A program made the translations under genes and the position numbers. A stretch of DNA of 32,985 nucleotides, taken from positions 1-32,985 of the forward strand of contig JARROL010000013.1 in the NCBI GenBank assembly GCA_037383965.1, written 5' to 3'. The DNA is from Desulfobacterales bacterium (lineage in GTDB: Bacteria > Desulfobacterota > Desulfobacteria > Desulfobacterales > SG8-13). Positions 10,375-19,330 of the stretch are shown here, in pieces. The notes beneath the pieces are model-generated. The model had not been told where the DNA came from. It saw only the letters and a program-made list of their open reading frames with translations, and searched no databases. Within the stretch, counting starts at the first letter, position 1. Every line of letters begins with the position of its first letter.

Positions 10375-10403
10375 TTGATTCAGGGTGAAAATTCGTGTAA
10401 AAT
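10375..10403 (+). promoter_or_regulatory. Sigma70-type promoter for the DUF4388/DUF1566 gene
   Basis: TTGATT (10375-80), 17-bp spacer, TAAAAT (10398-403). Confidence 0.55.
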
Positions 10404-10476
10404 ATAGAGCTTAAAGGTATTTCCACCGTTCCCGAATAGTTTGGGTATGCGGGGTATCACAGGAGAAATTGGCATC

Positions 10477-12918
10477 ATGACCGAACAGACAACCACAACA
10501 GGAACCCGCAACACCAGCAGAAAGCTGTCGGATCTCTTGATCAGTCTCGGTGTTACCCGGAATTTTCTGACACTCGTGGAACTATTGGACGCCTTGCCCG
10601 ATATGCAGAAAACCCCTTACAACGTCACCCGCAGCCTCTATCAGGCGGTTTCCCAAGGTCGCGACATCGAAACCCTCGGCAAACAATTGGAAGGCTTCTT
10701 CGGCGCCGCCAAAAAACCGGCTGGTAAACCGATGCCGGTGAAACTGCGGTTCAGCGCGACCCTCAAGTACCTCAACGGTATCCGGGAAGAGCAGGCCCTC
10801 TATCTGCGCAAGGCCGGAAGGGGGCATTATTATGGAGCGCTGTGGCCCTGGCGCAAAGAACCGGGCAAAATCACCGTGCATCTCGGCTACTGCCCTAACA
10901 AGATGAGCGGCGCGGATGTCGAAAACTATCAACGATTCATAAAAACCAAAATCTTGAACGACAATGTTTTCGATGCCCTCTCCGACCGGGACGGCGGTAT
11001 GGTGCAAGGCATCAGCCTGCCCTATTTTTTACACATGGCCCAGTTCGAAAGACTCACCTGCACCGTTGAAATCAGAACGGCCGGCGCGGTGGGCTATCTC
11101 CATCTTCTGGACGGAGAAATGATCGCCGCCGAGTCGGGCGGCATGAAAAACAAGGCGGCGGCTTATGAGATCATCAGCTGGGACAATTCTGAAATCGACC
11201 TGCTGGATGCGGCCGGCCGCAACAAAAACGAGATCAATCAGCCGCTGGTGGAGATTTTCACGGAAGCTCTCAGGCTAAGAAACGACAAAAAAGGTAAAAA
11301 CATGGTGGCGCCGGCCGCGGCGGCATCGGGGCTCAACATCCAGGCCAACGACCGCTATAAACCCTTGCGGGAGGCACAGAAGACATCCAGAAAATGGTCG
11401 CTGAAAGTTGTGGCCCGAGCGCTGCTGGCCCTGCTGTTGCTGGCGACGGTCGGCACCTACGGCGTCCGTTACCTTAAAACGCGACAGATATCAAAAGAAT
11501 ACCAGGCCATTCTCGAGCGGGTCAACACCATCGAGGATCCCGAAGACCAGAAAGTCTTGCTCCAGTATTTCATCGATTCCCATGCCGAAAGCGAATACCG
11601 TACAGCGGCGCGGTCAAAGATTCGCGAAATCAATCAAACGGTCGAACAGCAGAGCTATGATTTTGTCATTGCAGCGGTGGAGAAGCTTCCCATTGACACC
11701 AATTATGAAGCCGCGGCCACAGACTTATATGAACAGTATATCAAAAAATATCCCGACAGTCCGCACGCCGCTTCAATTCAACTGAAGCTTTCCGAGATAC
11801 CGATCCTGATCGATAATGTCGATTACGCGCGCCTCGAGGATGCTGCCCGGCTCGATTCCAAAAATCGTATCGAGGCTTACCTCGGGTATCTGCTGAAACA
11901 TCCAAATGGTCGGTACCGAACTCAGGTCGAGGCCTTGGTGGCCGATATGAGTGAAGAGGTCTACGGACATCTGATGAAAACCATGCCGCAGTGCGACCAG
12001 GCCGGCAATTGGGATGAATGTATTCTGCTTTGCGACAATTTTCTCAACTACTTCCCCAAGAATTACCGCACCACCGAAATCGATAACTTGAAGGCCGTAA
12101 TGGAGGACAAACGCGATGTCGCGGAATTGATGGAGACCGTGACGCGGCTCGGCAACAAGTTCGAATCGGCCAAAACTGTTCTGGCAGCCTATCTTGATGA
12201 AAATCCCGATTCAACCCAGGCAGCCCGGATCAGAGACAATATTGCCCGGCTCGACCGCAACCTCAGAGAAAGCCGCGAATGGCAGACAGCGGTCGCCTAC
12301 AGTCAGAACAGCCAGTACAGTCTGCCTGACAGAATCAATTACATCGGACAATATATTCGTTTGAATCCATCCGGGAGGTTCGACAAAAGTGCCCGGCTGC
12401 TGCTGTCCCAGCTTCAGAATGAAAACCGAACCCTCTATCAAAACCGCATTGAAGAGCAACGCAGACACCAACAAGTGGAACTGGCCCAGGAAAGAAACCG
12501 GATTCAGGCCGAGAAAAGGAAAATCGCTGCTCAGATCCGTCAGTCCGGTGCCCGATATGTTGTCAATGGAAACGACACTTTTATCGACACCAAGACCGGG
12601 CTGACCTGGAGCTTGCTTGATTCGAAAGCCGCCCTTGGTGAATGCCAGGATTTCAACGCTGCCCGCACCTATATCAGTTCATTGGAGGCCGGTGGGTATC
12701 GCGACTGGCGCTTGCCCTTCGGCAGCGAACTGGCCGAACTTTACAAGACGCCCCCCTATTTTCCGGGCCAGAGCGCCTCCTGGTACTGGACTGCGGAGGT
12801 ATTTGCAAAGGGCTACAAGAAGGAAGCCCTGATCGTGACCTCGATCCGGGAAAAGGGCTTCAAGCGACTTCACCAAGATATTTACGCCTGTGGCGCGGTT
12901 CGTGCCGTGCGTCCGTGA
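10477..12918 (+). CDS. Membrane protein: unknown N-domain + DUF4388 + TM + six helical (Y/F)xxxxP repeats + DUF1566 (Lcl C-terminal-like)
   Basis: GISLPYFLHMAQFERLTC..GYLHLLDGEMIAA..AAYEIISW (DUF4388-like); TM ALLALLLLATVGTYGV; RYVVNGNDTFIDTKTGLTW..GGYRDWRLP..EL..YWT..VRAVR (DUF1566). AGGAG at 10461-65. Confidence 0.75.
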   Translation: MTEQTTTTGTRNTSRKLSDLLISLGVTRNFLTLVELLDALPDMQKTPYNVTRSLYQAVSQGRDIETLGKQLEGFFGAAKKPAGKPMPVKLRFSATLKYLNGIREEQALYLRKAGRGHYYGALWPWRKEPGKITVHLGYCPNKMSGADVENYQRFIKTKILNDNVFDALSDRDGGMVQGISLPYFLHMAQFERLTCTVEIRTAGAVGYLHLLDGEMIAAESGGMKNKAAAYEIISWDNSEIDLLDAAGRNKNEINQPLVEIFTEALRLRNDKKGKNMVAPAAAASGLNIQANDRYKPLREAQKTSRKWSLKVVARALLALLLLATVGTYGVRYLKTRQISKEYQAILERVNTIEDPEDQKVLLQYFIDSHAESEYRTAARSKIREINQTVEQQSYDFVIAAVEKLPIDTNYEAAATDLYEQYIKKYPDSPHAASIQLKLSEIPILIDNVDYARLEDAARLDSKNRIEAYLGYLLKHPNGRYRTQVEALVADMSEEVYGHLMKTMPQCDQAGNWDECILLCDNFLNYFPKNYRTTEIDNLKAVMEDKRDVAELMETVTRLGNKFESAKTVLAAYLDENPDSTQAARIRDNIARLDRNLRESREWQTAVAYSQNSQYSLPDRINYIGQYIRLNPSGRFDKSARLLLSQLQNENRTLYQNRIEEQRRHQQVELAQERNRIQAEKRKIAAQIRQSGARYVVNGNDTFIDTKTGLTWSLLDSKAALGECQDFNAARTYISSLEAGGYRDWRLPFGSELAELYKTPPYFPGQSASWYWTAEVFAKGYKKEALIVTSIREKGFKRLHQDIYACGAVRAVRP

Positions 12919-12964
12919 CCCTGCGGCTGCCGTTATCGCGAAATTTACCCATTTCGGACGGAAA

Positions 12965-13495
12965 CTAACGCAGGCCGCGCAACCGTTCCAATCGACCGGT
13001 TATTTCGGTGATGCGGATGCCGTATTTATCATCCTTGACCAAAACCACCCCCCGGGCAATCAGCTTGTTGTTGGCCAGTATGTCCACCGGCTCACCTTCC
13101 AACCGAGACAACGGCACCGCCGATCCGGGCCCCAATTGGAGCAGATCACGAATCGGCATTTTCGTCCGCCCGAGCTCGACCGTGACGTCCAGAGGAATAT
13201 CGAGGATGATGTCGAGGTTCGATCCGTCGCCCAGGCGTGGGACGTCCCGTTTTTCCGAATCGCTTGACCGGCTGCCATCGACGGCGTTGTTCGGCGTCTT
13301 TTCTTCGGCTGTGGCGGCTGGTTTTTGGGCTGCCGGTTCAGCGGCTGTCGGCGCCGCACTCCCTGTGCTTTCCTTTTTCCCGTCGCCGCCAGCGGCTGCA
13401 ACGCTGCCGGTGGGTAGGGGTGCAGCCGTCTCAGGTGGACGATCCTCAGAAATGATCTTCTCGGCGGTTGGATTGCTCTCAGGCTTATTTTCCAT
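12965..13495 (-). CDS. fliN: Flagellar motor switch protein FliN with long low-complexity N-terminus
   Basis: NLDIILDIPLDVTVELGRT..LLQLGPGS..GEPVDILANNKLIARG.V..YGIRITEI (SpoA domain). Start placed at ATG 13495, after the acuI stop. Confidence 0.85.
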   Translation of the reverse strand: MENKPESNPTAEKIISEDRPPETAAPLPTGSVAAAGGDGKKESTGSAAPTAAEPAAQKPAATAEEKTPNNAVDGSRSSDSEKRDVPRLGDGSNLDIILDIPLDVTVELGRTKMPIRDLLQLGPGSAVPLSRLEGEPVDILANNKLIARGVVLVKDDKYGIRITEITGRLERLRGLR

Positions 13496-13511
13496 ACCCG
13501 GTCTCTTCTTC

Positions 13512-14513
13512 TCAACGGGCAAGATCAATCACCACTCTGCCGCTCAGCTGTCCCTTGAGTATCGTATCGATCAGTGGGTCGACCTCTTCGAGAGAGACGG
13601 TCTTGCACAGGTCATCGAGGAGTTCCGGCTTCCAGTCGGCGGCGAGTTTTTGCCAGATCTTCATCCGAAGATCCATCGGACAGGCCACCGAATCGATGCC
13701 CAGCAGGTTGACCTTGCGCAGAATAAACGGAAAGACCGTTGTATTCAATTCGGGAGAAGCCACCAGTCCGCAACAGGTAATAGACCCGCCGTACTGGGTC
13801 GCTTTGATGGCCGTCGCCAAAATGTCACCTCCCACCGTGTCGACAGCTCCCGCCCAGCGGCCTTTAAGCAAGGGCCGACCGGATGTGTCGGTAGCTTCTT
13901 CACGGCTGATGACATCCGTGGCCCCCAGGTTTTCAAGGAACGCCTTTCGGTCCGTTTTTCCGCTGACGGCCGCTACGCGAAAACCGATTTTTGAAAGGAT
14001 CGAAACGGCCAGGCTGCCGACACCGCCGGTTGCGCCGGTGACCAGAACCGTGCCCTGTTGCGTCTCGAGGCCGTGATCGATCAGTTCGTAAATCGACAAA
14101 GCCGCCGTAAATCCGGCGGTCCCGTAGATCATGCTTTCCTTCAGGCTGAGGGACGACGGACGCGGTACGATCCAGTCAGACGGCACACGGATGAACTCGG
14201 CAAAACCGCCGGAGGTGTTCATTCCCAGATCATAACCGGTAACGATTACCTCATCACCGGATTTGAAGTGCGGGCTTCGGCTCTCCGTCACGCTTCCGGC
14301 CGCATCGATGCCCGGGGTATGCGGAAAATTTTTGGAGACGCCCCGGTTGCCTGTGGCCGAAAGTGCATCTTTGTAGTTAAGCGATGAGTATCGGACCTTG
14401 ACCAGGACATCTCCGTCGGGCAGATCTTCAAAAGGCTTGCGTGTAATAAGGCGATTAAAGGTCTTGTCGGCGTTCTCGTTGACGACTATTGCCTTGAAAT
14501 CTGCAGTTGTCAC
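13512..14513 (-). CDS. acuI: YhdH/YhfP family MDR oxidoreductase (acryloyl-CoA reductase-like)
   Basis: YSSLNYKDAL, PGIDAAG, GTAGFTAAL, VTGATGGVGS, FPFILR..LLGIDSV. GGAGGA RBS before GTG. Confidence 0.85.
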   Translation of the reverse strand: MTTADFKAIVVNENADKTFNRLITRKPFEDLPDGDVLVKVRYSSLNYKDALSATGNRGVSKNFPHTPGIDAAGSVTESRSPHFKSGDEVIVTGYDLGMNTSGGFAEFIRVPSDWIVPRPSSLSLKESMIYGTAGFTAALSIYELIDHGLETQQGTVLVTGATGGVGSLAVSILSKIGFRVAAVSGKTDRKAFLENLGATDVISREEATDTSGRPLLKGRWAGAVDTVGGDILATAIKATQYGGSITCCGLVASPELNTTVFPFILRKVNLLGIDSVACPMDLRMKIWQKLAADWKPELLDDLCKTVSLEEVDPLIDTILKGQLSGRVVIDLAR

Positions 14514-14764
14514 GATGATTTCCTCCTTTATGAGTTTTTATATTGAACGGCCCAAGCTTGTCTTTGAAGGTGTCGATGGTGAATTTCCGGTAACCTGTGA
14601 TCGCCGGGCGCCGACGGTTTTTTCCCACGTTTATATATGGATTGATAGCTGCTTTGTAGGGACGCAATATCAATGGTTTAAAGAACCACACCGGCTCTTT
14701 CAGGTCAAGAACAACTTGTATATTGTCCGTTCGCCACGATATTTTCCGGCGCTTATAAATTTCG

Positions 14765-14793
14765 TTGACATTGTAATACAATATTTATACAAT
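14765..14793 (+). promoter_or_regulatory. Near-consensus sigma70 promoter with an internal palindrome; predicted start at the ATG (leaderless)
   Basis: TTGACA (14765-70), 17 bp, TACAAT (14788-93), 6 nt, then ATG 14800. Palindrome ATTGTA-A-TACAAT at 14770-14782. Confidence 0.75.
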
Positions 14794-14799
14794 AATAAC

Positions 14800-15300
14800 A
14801 TGAAAAAAGACATCGTTTACAGCATTCGAATGAGTATCCTCGTCCGCGAAGCACTTAAGCGGGCTGCCAAGAAAGAAAGGCGCACGGTCGCGTCCCTGTT
14901 GGACAAGATCATTCTCGATTACCTCGAAGCGCAGCGTTATCTGTTGCCTCACGAAACCGGTTCAGACCGCCGGGGCTATCAGAGAAGCAAGATTACCCTT
15001 CCGGCGACCACGACCATGGACATCGACGGGCACAGCGATTCATTTCCCTGTGTTATCACCGATATTGCCATGGGGGGTGTTTTTGTCACCTATCCGAAAG
15101 GATCGAAGATAAAAGAGGCCTTTCTGAGGGAACTGGATCGCTTCAACCTGTCTTTCAAGCTTCCCCAAACCGGTGAACAGCTCGACTTTCAATGTGATGC
15201 CCGCCGCATGGTAGAAGTTGACGGCGAGATTCAGGTCGGCGCAATTTTGAATGAACCCGCAGACACGGACCTGAACAAGCTGAAGCACTACCTGATTTAG
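14800..15300 (+). CDS. Ribbon-helix-helix + PilZ domain protein
   Basis: N-term IVYSIRMSILVREALKRAAKKERRTVASLLDKIILDYL (beta-alpha-alpha RHH pattern); PilZ motifs DRRGYQR (RxxxR) and DIAMGG (variant of DxSxxG). Confidence 0.75.
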   Translation: MKKDIVYSIRMSILVREALKRAAKKERRTVASLLDKIILDYLEAQRYLLPHETGSDRRGYQRSKITLPATTTMDIDGHSDSFPCVITDIAMGGVFVTYPKGSKIKEAFLRELDRFNLSFKLPQTGEQLDFQCDARRMVEVDGEIQVGAILNEPADTDLNKLKHYLI

Positions 15301-15439
15301 TCCATTGAAACCAAGCGCCTGTCCTCGTGTTGGATCAAGACGTCCTGTCCTGACGATCAATTGCGCATGTCCAACCAGCCATTCTCGATGAAAATAAAAA
15401 ATCTATAGAATCTGCCGGATAACCGGACTTTAATTTTTC

Positions 15440-16018
15440 TCAAACCGGAAAAGATTTCGCGAAGTCGACCAGGTCCGGGAAGAACGCATGGAAATTGCGT
15501 TCGAGCCGTCCGTAATTTTTTCTGATTTCTCCAATCGAATCGTCAAGGGTGTTTTCGCGATGGATGCGTTGGGCGATCCGGCCCAGTGTAATGTCGACGC
15601 CACCCAGGGTCCGGTAGCAGCTCAGCCAGTTTTGCCGAACCATTCGCGGCAACACCAACTGCAGTCTGGGCGGTAGAATGTCATGGTAGCGCTGCAGGGT
15701 CTCATAGACCCGCGTGACGAATTCGGAAAGGTCAGAGTCCGTATAAACCGACCAGTTCTTGGACAGAAAGTGGTCGTAACAAATATCCAGGATGACGCCG
15801 GCGTAGCGTCGGCACCGAGGACTGAACAAGTTGCGGCTGGCCCGGCTCATTTCATGGTTGTCGGCAAAGGCGTCGACACGCCGGTGGAAAAGGACGCCGC
15901 GGGCGATTTGGGGATTGAAAAGATCATCGACCGGGCCTTTGACAAAATCACCCATGATACTGCCGATTAAAAATTCATCCGAAGACTCGGCAAGATAGGC
16001 ATGTGCGAGATAGTTCAT
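15440..16018 (-). CDS. acpH: Acyl carrier protein phosphodiesterase
   Basis: [32 protein letters not shown]. Start overlaps the aceA stop (TGATG). Confidence 0.9.
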   Translation of the reverse strand: MNYLAHAYLAESSDEFLIGSIMGDFVKGPVDDLFNPQIARGVLFHRRVDAFADNHEMSRASRNLFSPRCRRYAGVILDICYDHFLSKNWSVYTDSDLSEFVTRVYETLQRYHDILPPRLQLVLPRMVRQNWLSCYRTLGGVDITLGRIAQRIHRENTLDDSIGEIRKNYGRLERNFHAFFPDLVDFAKSFPV

Positions 16019-17355
16019 CAGAACTGCTGTTCCTCGGTGGAACCGGAAAGTGCGCCCACCGATGTCTCTCCCTCGCTGACGGCATTCATTACACGATCGA
16101 AATATCCGGTGCCAACGAACTTCTGATGGGTGGTCGCCATGTAGCCGTCCTCCGTTCCATGCTTGAACTCTTCCTGTTGGAAACGGGAGTAGGCGAGCAT
16201 GCCTTCCTTGCGGTAGCTCAAGGCCAGGTCGAACATTCCCATGTTGAGGGCGTGGAAGCCGGCCAAGGTGACGAACTGAAATTTATAGCCCATGGCCGCC
16301 AGTTCCCGTTGGAATTTGGCAATGGAGGCGTCGTCCAGCTTGGCCTTCCAGTTGAAGGACGGCGAGCAGTTATACGCCAGAAGTTTGCCCGGATGTTCGG
16401 CATGGATTCCCTCGGCAAATCTGCGGGCCTGTTCGAGGTCGGGAATCGAGGTCTCACACCAGACCATGTCCGCGTACGGGGCATAAGCCCGTCCGCGCGC
16501 AATGGCGGCTTCCACACCGTTATTGACGTAGAAAAATCCCTCGGCGGAGCGCGGCTGATCGAGGATAAACGGCCTGTCCCGCTCGTCGATATCACTGGTT
16601 ACCAGCCGGGCGGCATCGGCATCGGTGCGGGCTACCAGCACTGTCGGCACGCTGCAGATATCCGCCGCCAGCCGCGCGGCGATCAATTTGTTGATGAATT
16701 CCTGGGTCGGGACCAGAACTTTGCCGCCGAGGTGTCCGCATTTTTTGGCCGAAGCCAGCTGATCTTCGAAATGGACCCCGGCTGCGCCAGCCGCGATCAT
16801 CATCTTCATCAGTTCGAAGGCATTCAGGGGTCCGCCGAATCCAGCCTCCGCATCGGCCACGATCGGCGCATACCAATAAGGTCCTTTTTTGCGGCAATCG
16901 AGTACCTGTATCTGATCGGCTCGACGCAGCGCGTTGTTGATCCGCTGGACCACAGCCGGCACGCTGTTGGAGGGATAGAGGCTCTGATCGGGATACATTT
17001 CTCCAGCCAGATTGGCATCGGCCGCCACCTGCCAGCCGCTCAGGTAGATGGCCTTCAAACCGGCCTCTACCTGCTGGACGGCCTGATTACCGGTCAGCGC
17101 TCCGAGGGCGGGGACATATTCTTCGGTGTTCAAAAGGTACCAGAGCCTTTTGGCACCGACTTCGGCAAACGTGTGGCTGACGTGCAGTGTTCCGCGCAGC
17201 TTCAGCACTTCTTCCGGTTTGTACGGTCGGATGATTCCCTTCCAGCGGGGGTCTTTCTCCCAACTCTCTGCAAGGTCGCTTACCTCATCGGGAAATATCT
17301 CGTGGCAGGAAAGCCGATCACATATTTCGGCTGCGGTTTCTTCGACTGTTTTCAT
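16018..17355 (-). CDS. aceA: Isocitrate lyase
   Basis: [14 protein letters not shown], catalytic [20 protein letters not shown]-terminal STEEQQF. GAGGAGG RBS. Confidence 0.98.
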   Translation of the reverse strand: MKTVEETAAEICDRLSCHEIFPDEVSDLAESWEKDPRWKGIIRPYKPEEVLKLRGTLHVSHTFAEVGAKRLWYLLNTEEYVPALGALTGNQAVQQVEAGLKAIYLSGWQVAADANLAGEMYPDQSLYPSNSVPAVVQRINNALRRADQIQVLDCRKKGPYWYAPIVADAEAGFGGPLNAFELMKMMIAAGAAGVHFEDQLASAKKCGHLGGKVLVPTQEFINKLIAARLAADICSVPTVLVARTDADAARLVTSDIDERDRPFILDQPRSAEGFFYVNNGVEAAIARGRAYAPYADMVWCETSIPDLEQARRFAEGIHAEHPGKLLAYNCSPSFNWKAKLDDASIAKFQRELAAMGYKFQFVTLAGFHALNMGMFDLALSYRKEGMLAYSRFQQEEFKHGTEDGYMATTHQKFVGTGYFDRVMNAVSEGETSVGALSGSTEEQQF

Positions 17356-17598
17356 TTTTCCTCCTCAAACGCGGTTAAAGGATCCATTTGTAAAAAAAGC
17401 CATGGGCCATGAGTCTTCTTCTACGAGCTGAAAGCCGTCCTTTTCGCAGCGGCTATTCCCCTCCACCTATAGGCTTTAAGATAAAGATTCTGGCAAGGCC
17501 AGAGGGAGAAGGCTGTAGTGTTGACATCCGCCGACGACCGATAACGCGGTTCCAAATCTTTTAAATATCCCACTGCGATGATCCGTGCATTAAACCGG

Positions 17599-19197
17599 TC
17601 AATCGATATAGTCGTAGGCCTTCAGGGTCAGAAATTCTTCCAGTTCATCGTTGGCGATGATCTCATCGAAGAGTCGGGCCGCCAAATCGTATCGGACCGT
17701 TTCGAAAAGTTTATCACCGACTTCGGCCTTGATGTTCGCCATCTCTTCTTTTATGACCCTGCGGACCATTTCCAGATCGACCTTGCGGCCATCACTCAGA
17801 ACTCCGCGCGGATGGTGGACCCACTGCCAGACCTGAGTGCGGGAAATCTCGGCCGTGGCGGCATCCTCCATCAAATTGTAGAGTGGGACACACCCCAATC
17901 CACTGAGCCAGTTGGCCATGTACTGGATGCCGACGCTCACGTTGGTGCGCAGACCCTCTTCGGTAATCGTTCCAGAGGGCAGCCGCAAAAGGTCGGCTGC
18001 AGTAACGTGCACGTCCTCGCGCAGTTTGTCGACCTGATTCGGCGCGGGCATGGCCTTGTCGAACTCTTCGCGGGCAATCTGCACCAGGCCGGGATGGGCC
18101 ACCCAGGTGCCGTCGTGGCCGTCGGTGGCCTCGCGGGTCTTGTCGTCGCGGACTCTTTGCAGGGCGGCCTGGTTTTGAGCCGGGTCATTTTTAATTGGTA
18201 TCTGGGCGGCCATGCCGCCCATTGCATGCGCCCCACGGCGGTGGCAGGTCTTTATCGCCAGCAGCGAATAGGAGTGCATGCAGTGCCGCGTCATGGTGAT
18301 CTGAGCCCGATCCGGAAAGATATATTCCGGGACGTTTCGGAAGCGCTTGATAAAGCTGAAGATGTAATCCCAGCGACCGCAGTTTAGACCGGCGGCGTGT
18401 TCCCGCAGTTCATACAGGATTTCGTCCATTTCGAAGGCCGCCAGTATGGTTTCGATCAGGACGGTGGCCTTTATGGTTCCTCTGGGAATATCGAGTTGCT
18501 GCTGGGCGTGGACGAAAACATCGTTCCACAGGCGCGCTTCCAGGTGGCTTTCCATTTTGGGCAAGTAGAAATAGGGACCGCTGCCCTTCGACAATTGCGC
18601 ACGGGCGTTATGGAAGAAGAAGAGGCCGAAATCGAAGAGGCTGCCGGAAACCGGTCGGCCGTCGACGAGGACATGCTTTTCCACTAGATGCCAGCCCCGG
18701 GGACGAACGATGAGGGTGGCGATGCGATCGGCCAGGCGGTAGGATTTTCCCTCCGGACTCCGGAATTCGATGGAGCCGGCGACCGCGTCCCTGAGGTTGA
18801 TCTGCCCTTGAATGGTGCCGTCCCAGGTTGGGGCGTGGGAATCCTCGAAATCGGCCATATAAGTCGAGGCCCCGGAGTTGAGGGCATTGATGACCATTTT
18901 GCGATCGACCGGACCGGTGATTTCGGTCCGGCGATTTTTGAGATCGTCGGGGACCGGTTCGATTTTCCAGTCACCATCTCGGATAGCCCGTGTTTCCGGC
19001 AAAAAGTCTGGATGTTTTCCAGCATCGATCTCGGCCTGTACCTGCTGACGGCGGTCGAGCAGGTCTTTGCGGCGGGTGTCGAACTTACGGGCCATACCTC
19101 CGATAAAGGCCAGGGCCTCCGGAGTGAGAATTTGAGAAAACTCGGCGGACACGGGCCCCGTGACCTCGATTCCGGCGACGGCGTTTTGTGCGTTCAT
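17599..19197 (-). CDS. aceB: Malate synthase A
   Basis: EITGP, ADFEDS, VRPRGWHL, YLPKMES, LNCGRWDYIFS, GGMAAQIP, LMEDAATAEISR. GGGAGG RBS. Confidence 0.98.
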   Translation of the reverse strand: MNAQNAVAGIEVTGPVSAEFSQILTPEALAFIGGMARKFDTRRKDLLDRRQQVQAEIDAGKHPDFLPETRAIRDGDWKIEPVPDDLKNRRTEITGPVDRKMVINALNSGASTYMADFEDSHAPTWDGTIQGQINLRDAVAGSIEFRSPEGKSYRLADRIATLIVRPRGWHLVEKHVLVDGRPVSGSLFDFGLFFFHNARAQLSKGSGPYFYLPKMESHLEARLWNDVFVHAQQQLDIPRGTIKATVLIETILAAFEMDEILYELREHAAGLNCGRWDYIFSFIKRFRNVPEYIFPDRAQITMTRHCMHSYSLLAIKTCHRRGAHAMGGMAAQIPIKNDPAQNQAALQRVRDDKTREATDGHDGTWVAHPGLVQIAREEFDKAMPAPNQVDKLREDVHVTAADLLRLPSGTITEEGLRTNVSVGIQYMANWLSGLGCVPLYNLMEDAATAEISRTQVWQWVHHPRGVLSDGRKVDLEMVRRVIKEEMANIKAEVGDKLFETVRYDLAARLFDEIIANDELEEFLTLKAYDYID

Positions 19198-19222
19198 CTG
19201 AACCTCCCATTATTAAAATTTG

Positions 19223-19330
19223 GTAAGCGTTTACAGTGCACCGCATCTGTTTTGTTGTCGGGCACTTGAAGTACAAAAGTACGTCTACGCGCCTGGCGCC
19301 TTGCATCTGCGGCACCCTGTCAACGCTTAC
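19223..19330. repeat. 108-bp palindromic MITE/REP-like element (element B) just upstream of aceB
   Basis: Terminal inverted repeats GTAAGCGTTTACAG (19223-36) and CTGTCAACGCTTAC (19317-30), 13/14 matching. Central GTAC-AAAA-GTAC hairpin. Confidence 0.7.

Noticed and set aside
12550-12918. DUF1566 domain as a diversity-generating retroelement target
   Set aside because: No template repeat or reverse transcriptase in the window; a remote DGR cannot be excluded without a genome search.
14398-14799. 134-aa N-terminal extension of the PilZ ORF in the ORF track
   Set aside because: Overlaps acuI antisense and runs through the promoter; ATG 14800 fits both the promoter and the RHH domain start.
16003-17412. 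469-aa plus-strand ORF antisense to aceA (likewise 4997-5998, 13008-13994, 17578-18387, 19859-20893, 24411-25403)
   Set aside because: Shadow ORFs opposite well-conserved genes in GC-rich DNA; no recognisable motifs.
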